A DNA stretch of 64,000 nt, from NCBI RefSeq assembly GCF_006345805.1, contig NC_042999.1, positions 108,624,001 to 108,688,000 of the forward strand. Direction: 5' to 3'. This document shows, in pieces, positions 54,038 through 64,000 of this stretch; positions within the stretch are counted from its first letter, which is position 1, and the number at the start of each line of letters is the position of its first letter. The notes beneath the pieces were generated by a model, which was not told the DNA's origin, ran no database searches, and saw only the letters and a list, made by a program, of their open reading frames with translations. A program made the translations under genes and the position numbers. Source of the DNA: Octopus sinensis (lineage: Eukaryota).

Positions 54038-54250
54038 CATATGTATATGTTTGCATGTCTGTGTTTGTCCCCCCAACATCGCTTGATAACTGATGCTGGC
54101 GTGTTTATGTCCCCGTAACTTAGAGGTTCGGCAAAAGAGCCCAATAGAATAAGTACTAGGCTTACAAAGAATAAGTCCTGGGGTTGATTTGCTCGACTAA
54201 AGGTGGTGCTCCAGCATGGATGCAGTCAAATGACTGAAACAAGTAAAAGA
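53830..54250 (+). mobile_element. Full-length SINE family 1
   Basis: Boxes A and B, CORE-like domain, internal (TG)/(TA) tract, and tail ggtggtgctccagcatggatgcagtcaaatgactgaaacaagtaaaaga. Confidence 0.9.
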
Positions 54251-54294
54251 ATAGAAGAGTATTTCTTTATGTGTGTATGCATGCACATATATTC

Positions 54295-54685
54295 TTTTAT
54301 GCTCTAGTATGTTTCAGTTATTGGAGCATGGTCATGCTAGGGTACTCTTTTTAATGATCTAGTCAATCAAATCAGCCTCAGTACCTTTTTTAAGTCTGGC
54401 ATTTACTATATTGGCTTTGTTTTGCCGAACTGCTTAGTTATGGGAGATGTAATTGAAGCAATACTGGTTAAGTGATGAGAGACAATCGTAAAGATGCACT
54501 CAGACATACATGTGGGTGTGTGTGAAGGGCTTCTGCATAGTTTCTTCCAAATTCACTCAAAAGGCATTGATCATCCCAAAGCTATAGTTGGAGACACCCA
54601 AAATGCCATACAGTATAACTGAACCCCAAACCATTTTATTGCATAGTGAACTACTTAACTACACAGCTATGCCTATGCCTACAGA
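54295..54685 (-). mobile_element. Older SINE family-1 copy, inverted next to the 53830 copy
   Basis: ttttgccgaactgcttagttatgggagatg, ccaaattcactcaaaaggc and aactacacagctatgcct are reverse complements of family-1 motifs. Confidence 0.7.
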
Positions 54686-56894
54686 CAGACAGGAAGGCAG
54701 GCAGACAGACAGGCAGACTGACAGACAGACATATAAATGTCTGTTTTTACATGCACACACACTTACTCACTCACATATGGATAGATTGGCACAGTCTAAA
54801 CACTCTTTTTAGAAGATAAACCTTGATAAGAATAAAATGATTTCAAGCTGTGTTTTATCATGGTAAAGGATAACACTTGAATTATGCACAGATGACAAGA
54901 AGTTTATGAACATTGACCACATAAACAAACTACATAGATCCCCATAAAAAAATATGTCACAACTAATTCACCTTAAGGGAGATATACTACTGCATCTCTT
55001 GATTTATTCTTCATATTATGCTGATATTTCTATTCCTCTTTACTCACTGCTTAATTCCCTAAATGCTTCTTATTTGTTTATTTTTTTATTTATATATTTA
55101 TTTGATTGTTTGTTTAGATGATCCCCTAATGTTCTTATTTTCTCTCTAGCCTGAACTTCTTTTAATCTTTTGGGTATGGTAAAAATTATAATTCTATTCT
55201 CTCTCAGCAGTATATGACATTAAAATGTTGAAAATGTTATTTTTAACTCTATGATATCCTACAGCTGTTGTTTTCTCAAACAGTATCTTATATAGTTAAA
55301 AAATACTAAAGAACATTTAAATTTCTTGTTGATGGACATGTATAATTGTTAAAATAATTTTGTTGCAAATTTTCATGGATTAAGTATCATGTTCATAAAA
55401 CTCTTACATGGATGTATCTTTAATTTTCTGTGATATTTTAAAAAAGTCTCTGATAAAATAAATAATATGAGAATGTATAATATAAGCTAAATTTCCTATT
55501 GCAAGTTGAAGTTGAGAGCAATATTGAGATGAGTCGTGAATTGCAAAAAGAACTTTAGAAACAAAAGAGATCATAGGAAAATTTGTTCTGATCAGTGCTG
55601 AGACATTCTGTTGCTTTCATTTCTATTTTTTTTTTATTATTGTAGCTAAAGGTAGTATATGACTCATTTATCAATTCATATATTCACAATGATTACAGAT
55701 TTATGTGAGACTGCAGCAAAATTCTTTCATTACAAGCAATGTGCAAGTTGATGCTCTCAAAAATGATCTTTTTGATTTATGGCATTTAGTTTTATACAAC
55801 AATCATCCATCCATTTGCTAATTACCAAGAAAATAACCACAAAATCGATTTTGAAAGCTCTAAATTTGAAAGAGGCGAGCTGGGATTTATGTTATAAGGC
55901 ATATAATTTCAATTGAATATCCTGATTATCAGTTGCTATTGGTAAGAAATCTTTTTCAAAGAAGACCACATTTGAAATTCTAATATTTTTATTAGAAACT
56001 ATTAAAAAAATGTGAAGATATATCCAACATTTTTTGTAATTTGAATTTTTAGGTCATGCTTTTGAAAATCTTTAAAATTCAAATTTTTTAGATTAGAAAT
56101 TCTATTTTCCTCCTGAATACCCAATTTTTCTTCTTAGCTGCACAGTATACTTATAAGTTACTGAGAGATTTTTAAAATTGTACATATTAAAATAGTCCAT
56201 ATCTACAGTCAAGAAAATACATTCTTCTATACAGAAAAGCACACTGAAAGTATATAGATGCTTGCGAGTGCTTATTTGCAAAATGATGATTATTGGTTTG
56301 TATCATGTCACTAGCACTGTATTAGCTTCATAGCAAAGTCACTTAATGCTTAAATGATTCTACATGAAAATAGAGTAGGAACATACCTGTATTCCAAATG
56401 GTGGCAATATTGTAATGTTGGCAACTAGTTTAACTTCAGAGATGATTACTAATTTTCAAATGGGTCTAGAGAACCAATTCCAGTAATCTTCTTAATCTTC
56501 TCGGTATGCCTTACCATTGCATTTGAACTCTGGTTCTGAATAATGTCTGCTTGTGATAGCTGGTGTACAAAAGTTCATTCTCATTAAAACTGTCACACCT
56601 TAAGTTAACACAATAAGTTATCACTAATTCTTAACAAAATCAGAATTATGTTTGTGACTGAAGCAACAAATGGCGCTGATGATAAATGATTTCAGTGATA
56701 AATTTCACTGGTTCATCCTTATAGGATCCTAAGTTGGAATATTGAAGATACTCTGGATTGATTCATTGTTGAACTTTAGAAACAATATAGAGATGGGAAA
56801 CTAGATCACAAAGCTGCAACTGAACTGAGTCAAAGTGACAGTTGAATATCCAAGTTAATAAATAACAACAGAAGGGTTGTACTGACAATTTTTT

Positions 56895-56975
56895 CCATGC
56901 TGTGCTCATGCTGGAACACCACTGTTAAGAAATGGATGAAATGCTGCTAAGCATTTTGGCCAATGTGCTAATTAT
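56895..56975 (-). mobile_element. Short head-tail SINE derivative
   Basis: Reverse complement of 57677-57749. Confidence 0.7.
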
Positions 56976-57659
56976 GTTCCATGGTTGGATACTGTTTTTG
57001 AATTAAACCTTTTGAAATAAACAATAAAAAAATGAAGAAACTATGTTTTGACTACTGAAATGACTTCCATTTATTCTATTAATGTTTTACATTCATACAA
57101 AAGAAAGATGATTTGATTACCACTCAATGTAATAAATTTGATTTAGCATCACAGCCCCTCCAAGTTTTAAACAAGTTTTATTTAGTCCCATGATTCTCTG
57201 TTAGCATGCAACAAGTCTAATTTGTCTGTCTACCGCATTTTTATCACACATCAATTTATGAACAAAAACAAAAAACCTTCAAAAACTATAGAGTCCATAA
57301 ATGCAATGAGAAGGGAATAGTTAAATTTATTTTTAAAAATAAGTTAAACTATCAGCGAATAACAGAAAACTAAATAAGAGTAAAAAATAAAATGATGAAA
57401 AAGAAACCATGACACAAAATACTGAAAAAAAAAAAAATAGAAATCAAGAGAAATATAAAAATGGAAATAAACATTTATTAGAAGAAAACAAAAAGTGAAC
57501 TGAGACAATGAAAATAAGTTGCTTGCCTAAAACTTTCATTTAACGTGAAATGAAAATTTAATCAATATTTTAAAACCATTTTCCTCAGTTAAAATAATTT
57601 GTTCAGATTTATAAAGAGTTTATGATACCACTCTTAAAGCTTTATTTGAATAATTACCA

Positions 57660-57765
57660 ACAAGATAGCAAAATTGTTAGCACATTGGTCAAAATGCTTA
57701 GCAGCATTTCATCCATCTTTGCATGGTGGTGCTCCAGCATGAGCACAGCCACATGGTTGAAACAA
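57660..57765 (+). mobile_element. Short head-tail SINE derivative
   Basis: ttagcacattggtcaaaatgcttagcagcatttcatccat joined to ggtggtgctccagcatgagcacagccacatggttgaaac. Confidence 0.7.
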
Positions 57766-59349
57766 ATATTTAGTGATGTGTAATTAAGCAAAAGTAGATG
57801 GAACAAAATTCTTACAAAATGTATGAATCTGTGTGGACATAACAGGTTTATATGCTGGTTATAATATATATATTATTATTATGCATTGAAGCTAAAACAC
57901 TTGTTAATATTTTAAGTATTTATTTTAATTCATTGAAACTATCAAGAACTCTACTGGAGTTCTTCAAGACTTAAAAACAGTTCATTGAGATACTATTAGC
58001 AATACATTTTTTATTCTTTTAGTTATCATTCTACTATTAATCAGTTTCCCTCTGGCAGTTTTCATTTTTTTTTTAAATTTCATTCATTCCAGTTGAGAGA
58101 ATTTTGTAAAATTCTCTTCAATAAGTTTTCATTATCCTCAATCAAGGCTTGAATTATATCAAATACTTTTTAAACTTATGGAAAATTAAATAGCAACTTC
58201 ACATTCTGTTATTAATAATTTAATATTCATCATTTTGTCTCTTAATAGCTATATTTCTTCTTAAAATATAATGTCTTGTTTCTAAACCTAAGCCTTTACT
58301 GGTTTCATTGACTAAAACATAACTTTCTTTATTAGATATGTGCTACATTAAATGCACTTTCAGTTACCCACTAGATAAAAAAAATAGTTATAAATCCATG
58401 TTTCTTGCTACCTTAGTTTTCTATAAATAGCTAAATGAAATAAAACTGTACATATTGTTTGGAAATTATGCTTTTTGAAGCAAATATATCTTCCTCATAT
58501 TCTGCATTTTAACATCCTTCTGTTTTACCTGCTAGAAAGGATTGAATGTCTCTACTACATTTCATTGACCGTCTCTGATCTTATGACTTCCTCAATTGTC
58601 CATTATTTATTTATTTTGCATCATTGGTTAGAAGTTTTCAATTGAACAATCACTGATTCTTTGCATTTCTGGCAGTGAGAGTTGCAGGAGAGAGACTAAC
58701 TTAAAGCAGAACAAACATCTCAAGGGCCTATGACTGAAGAGCATTGTTTTTTTTTTTCTCAGTTTTGTTACTGGTATTTATATAGGATATAAACATCAGT
58801 GACAGTATCTGAAAGAGAGAGAGAGAGAGAGATACACACTCACACTTATCAATTTTTGATTTTTGTTCTACTTAAGTTAAAATTTGAATTTGAAAGAAAA
58901 GATGGGACAGTCTCAGTTGACACACTTTCATTCATAAAAATAGTAGGGTTGTGAAAATTTCTGAATCTATAAATATAGAATAGTCACTGTTAGAACACAT
59001 TCATTCCTACTAATGTTTGATATTAATAATTAGAATTTTATTTATTGCCGCCTAACTATTGAAATTTGCATATTTTTAATGCGTGTTTGTTTATTTATTT
59101 ATATATTTTAAGGACAAAAGTTCTCTTAGAATTATTTCTTGAACTGTAGTAACTGTGGTATTGAGTCCTGTTACAAACCCAAACTCCATTCTATCTGATC
59201 TGACTCTATTCTGTACTAACTTTCTTGAGGTCTATGTGCTTCTCTAATCTCTTATGCCTTTGTATTCGATGATGATGATAGTGGCAGTGGTGGTGGTGGT
59301 GATGATGATGATAATGCTGCTACATCATTCATTGAGCTTAACACCTTGT

Positions 59350-59900
59350 ACTACATGATTACTTAAACAGCCTATTAGTATAACACCAGCTCATTTTGAT
59401 GCTTTCAACATCCCAATAATTATCCCTGCAGGTCATGCAGCTTTCTCTGTTTCCAAATCCTTAATTGATTTACTAACCATTTTCACAATGATCTCTAATG
59501 TTAGCATTTTCCATTCAGCCTGTTGGGGATAGACTTGCTTTGTTATATTCATTATTCAACAACTCATAATCACACGTTCATACTTATTTCCTTACATTGT
59601 CATTGAGTACGATTGTAATTTATGCCATTTTAAACAGTTCTCTCCAATTCCCCAGTGACATCCTAATTCAGCTGGACATATTGGCTTGCAATTTAAAACA
59701 TTTCATGCTTCAGCACAGAACATTGGCAAGCTACTACTCTCTGTTTCAGTCTTGGCTAAGTAAGCCTGTCATTTAATTTCTAAGTAAGCCTTCAAATATC
59801 CATTACCAGCTCAGTATTTGTTACTACAACTTCCATACTCAAGCCAATGAAAGAGCTTCCATGTTGTCATTTGACCTACTAATAACAGTAGCCGAATCTC
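59350..59900 (+). pseudogene. Possible decayed LINE endonuclease remnant
   Basis: C-rich strand; IVIEYDCNLCH resembles GDFNAHH, and DLLIT resembles the DLxxT motif. Confidence 0.3.
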
Positions 59901-60464
59901 CTTCAAATTACACTCTACTGTCATAAAAGATTATATTAGGTAATGTATTTTTAAAATACCTTAAAAAACAGGATGGTCATAACTAGAACACCATCTATCA
60001 TTAGGTCTGTTTGATCAGGGTTGACCTAGGGCTACGTAATATCTTGAATACTAGTCACATATCTCTTCAAGCTTTGTCTGTATTACTATTCCACCACCAC
60101 ACTGCCTACCACTTTGTTAGAATTATGTTCTAAGTGCAGAAATAGTCTTTGGCTTGTAGCAAATAGCTTCTTGTGAAAGTTCACATGTTTGCTATTATAG
60201 TTCTCTCTCTAACTAGCTAAGTAGCTGCAAGTATTGTTTAAAAATTCACTTTTTCCAAGGTGTTTTCATTCAGTGTCCACACTGTATTTGCTTGTTGTCT
60301 CTCCCCTCACACATCCTAATTTTCAATCAGAATTTATCAATCGCTAATCTATGTTGAAAAGGGTGTTTCCTCAGCCAGAGACTAAGTGGTCATTAGTATC
60401 TTTTCTTTTTTGTTAGTAAAAATGTTGTTAATATGTCTCTCATTGTTGCTTGAATGATTGGCTG

Positions 60465-60780
60465 AGCACTCTGTCAGTTACAATGATGTGTATCCCAGTT
60501 GATTTGATCAATGGAACAACCTGTTCATGAAATTAATGTGCAAGTGGCTGAACACTCCACAAACACATGTACCCTTAATATAGTTCTCAGGAAAATTCTG
60601 TGTAACACACCAAATGTGACATGGCTGACTCATTGAACTGCAGGTACAACTCTGTTTTTACCAGCTGAATAGACATAAAGTAAAGTGTCTTGCTCAAAGA
60701 CACAACATGCCATTGGGAATCGTACTCATGACCTTATGACTGCAAATCAAATACACTACCCACTAAGCCATGTGCCTTCA
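60465..60780 (-). mobile_element. SINE with family-3 tail
   Basis: Head ...cccactaagccatgtgccttca (minus-strand box A); tail matches 18690-18840. Confidence 0.75.
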
Positions 60781-63149
60781 TGCAGTTGAATGAGTGACTG
60801 CTTTTCTGAACTACAAGGTGTCTATGATCATGTCTCTTGGCACTTCAGTGTAGCCATTCAAATGTTCTCCAATATAGCCATTAAAATACTCTGTTACCAT
60901 TACAATATTTCTGACTCCTATATCTGAGATATTTTCACATAAAATCCTCATTAAACTGATCAGTAAATCACATTACTAAATCCTACTATGGAACATAAGT
61001 AGAGATTAGAGTTTGCAGTGGTTGCTATGATGCCTATCACAAATATAAATGCAATGATTCTAACACTAACCTTTAACAGCTCAGTAACGCTACTTATCCT
61101 CTGTTCTGTTAAGAGTATGTTTACTTCATTGCCATTATCAGAAGTTCTACTTTTTGAAACTTGATCAGTATCCTTGGTTATCAAGAATGAAACCACTACA
61201 TCATGACACAAACCAGACTCATTAATTTCAGTTGTTAGCACAAAGGCTTTACATTTAAAAAAAAGAGGGAATGGAATTGTGATATTCATGCCTGTCCAAA
61301 GGGAATTAGTTTTGTAATGGAATAAAATGCTTAGTTAGGAATCACAACTAGGTTGTTGCCATCACTCAGAGGGAATATCTTGAGAATATGATGTACTGTG
61401 TAGGTGGAGAAAGAAATTATGAAGTTAATAGGTTGCTCAATATATCCTATTTTTGTAATAATTCACCTCAGAAAAATGGAAATTTTTATATCTCTGGAAT
61501 CAACACTACATGCATAACTAATGGTTTTAAACAATGGATCATGTCATTTTATAATGCTTCATATTTAACTTTAATCATAGTGAGTTTTATTTTTTGTGTG
61601 CAGCAAATTAACTCTCATACTTTAATTATGAGATTCCATTGCATATTTTGTAAGCATTAATTTTATCATCCTGTTTTGCAAATAACTTCTAGGTATTTTT
61701 TTTTCTCTTTTATAATAGCACATTTTAATGGGAAGAGGGAAATAGGTGTCTTATAGACTATCATGCAGAAGGCTACATTAAGTTTGCTGATATTCCTGAC
61801 TTAATATTCTTTCTGACTTCAAATTCATGTAGTTCCTATTTAGTTCCATAATCTTTCTTACAACCAAACACCACTTGTGCCAAAGTTTAACTATTACCAT
61901 TGTAAACTGTTCGCACTAATTAGTATGTTTACTCACCTGTATTCGTAACGCTCCAACTGTCTAACCGCTCTTCAGCTCTTCTCAACTTCAGTATTAATTT
62001 TTACCATGCTAGCGGTCTCTAAACTAAATCATATGTTTATTGCCCAATCAAGACAACCTCTCACATGCTTCTTACTGCCCTTTTGCTCTCCAAACTATCT
62101 TGTATTTTAAATAAGCTAACTGTTCAGAGCTTCATCAATTGCATGCTAAATACCCTTGGCAATAAATGTGTTCCATTACTGATCTATCCTTGACAGCTAT
62201 GCAGTTGATCAAAACCACCCCAAAGGAGCATCTATGTGATTATTCAATCTGCTAGAGATAGCAACCAAGTCTACTGCAAATCACTACCCCTACCACCAGC
62301 ACCACATACTCTATTTTCAATAAGGAAAGGACATGTTACATAATGTTATACTACATACCACTAAAAAAATATGGAATGCTTTTTTGCCATAAATCTGCTT
62401 GATAATAATTGACATGGGGCTATGCACAATGACAATAAAAACTATCTTCTTGGCTGTCTTCCTGGTCCCTTGTACAACCTTAAAACTCCAAGGGAGTCCA
62501 CATGGAGATGTAAATGTATTGAATGCTGCCTACAACATCCATGAGGGGAACTCCTTCACCATCGCTGTTTCATATCATTTTTGATCAATTGTAATTTTTG
62601 GCAGTTTTCTTCGTTGCTTCTTTTTAGTGTAATTTTCTTCTCGTTATGGTCCTAATTTTGATTGATCAAAACTATTTTCAACTAAATACATTCTTTATAG
62701 TAACCTGTACTTTAATATATTTTTTTTCATGGGAAATTTTCCAATGCTGTAATACTTTAAATATGCCAAATCAAGGAATTATTTCACACTAAGCACTATT
62801 ATATCCATTAGTTGGAGTAGCTTTGAGTGAACTCTACTTTTCTAAAATATTTAATATGACAAACATAAACAGAACTGTCAATCGATTAAAAATTATATTC
62901 TGATCACCACTTTAAATATAGTAGCCTGCACTACATGCAGAGAGCACCTTTGGGAAAATTTTCACTCAAAGAATATGTAGAAATTGCATGGCCTGTGCCA
63001 AGCTCTCACAACTTCCTCAATTCAAGATTTCAGACATTATCTCCTAACATGGAAAAATCCTTACTCACAATTCATCAGTCAAGATGACCTTGTGTAAATA
63101 ATCCTCTGCAGATAACTTACCATATTTAATATTTATTTTGTACACTACA

Positions 63150-63960
63150 AAATACCTCCCAAACTCTCTTACTCAACTCCATGTCTCTAACACATTTTAA
63201 CCCATCATCAGGGTGACCTGTCCTAACAGCATTTTATTCTAAAAGTGTTCTGTTCATTACTCTCTCTGCACTCCACAACTAATTCCTTTTTCACCAAATT
63301 CTTTAATCTTTTGTATTTTTCTGTTACAGGGATCTGCCCCAACATATGCTAAATATGTGTGGGTGTATCCCAAGAAAAAGTAATCTTTCTGAAGCTGTCA
63401 ACTACCACCTTCTCTACATCACTTCACATCTTTCAAAAATTTTGGAATTGTTCACAAACAATTACTTCCTTTATTACTTTGGTTCTGTAAGGGAGAGGAC
63501 TGGCAGAATTGTTCATGCATTGGACAATTTCTTCCAACTCATTATGTTCTGAGTTCAAATTCAACCAGGGTTAACTTTGGCTTTTATCCCTTTGGAGCCA
63601 TTGTAAAATTGCTGGTCTTGTATCAAAATTTGAAACACTTATTGCTTTGGGTCACTCTCATCTACTCAACAATCAGCAATATGATTTTCCATAGTGCTTC
63701 ATTGTTAAACACCAATGATCTCCAACTCTTGGGAACTTTGAGAAAAGTAATGCAAACTCTCCTTTTCTAAGCAAATCTTTCAACATGTCAGGCACCTTGT
63801 AACTGAGTGTGTTACTTATGAGCTAAAAGTAATACTATTTTCTTGGATCAAGAGTTTGGTATTAAATTGTTTTATGAGAGATTCACATTCTATGAACCCA
63901 ATATTCAATTATGTCTCCGACAGCCTTCCTTTTGTATAACAATGACATATTTACTGAGAT
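63150..63960 (+). pseudogene. Decayed CR1/Jockey-group LINE RT with a nested SINE fragment (~63495-63620)
   Basis: TGICP, IPRKSNLSEAVNYHLLYITSHLSKILE (PKKG..NYRPISLTS motif) and LLNNQQYDF (QxGF motif). SINE box B gagttcaaattc. Confidence 0.65.
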
Positions 63961-64000
63961 TTATCACATACACTAGTACACAGATAATAGCAGACTTCAT

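Noticed and set aside
63330-63400. Strong-looking splice acceptor and exon
   Set aside because: The sequence is explained as decayed LINE RT (TGICP...NY motif).

Overview
AT-rich eukaryotic, non-genic (intergenic or intronic) DNA. The repeat families look like those of a coleoid cephalopod, probably Octopus (inference from the SINE and LINE families, not from a search). I found no host-gene exon I can support. Most ORF-track entries are microsatellite read-through or antisense to transposons. The window contains: (i) a 5'-truncated RTE-clade LINE with a fully open reading frame (21191-23893) and a C4HC3 PHD-type finger inserted inside its reverse transcriptase (RT); (ii) a young-looking CR1-group LINE (minus, 28907-30920) whose 3' end matches the tail of the commonest SINE; (iii) two mariner remnants with paired TIRs and two MITEs; (iv) many tRNA-derived SINEs and decayed LINE pieces; (v) kb-scale (TA)n arrays with many insertions. 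The best hidden signal is a minimal type-I hammerhead ribozyme (minus, 20896-20941) with an intact core, sitting in the loop of a 79-bp foldback. A second, decayed hammerhead-like motif lies about 700 bp away. Both are typical of Penelope-like element/retrozyme terminal repeats. All of this was read by eye; coordinates of old repeats are approximate.
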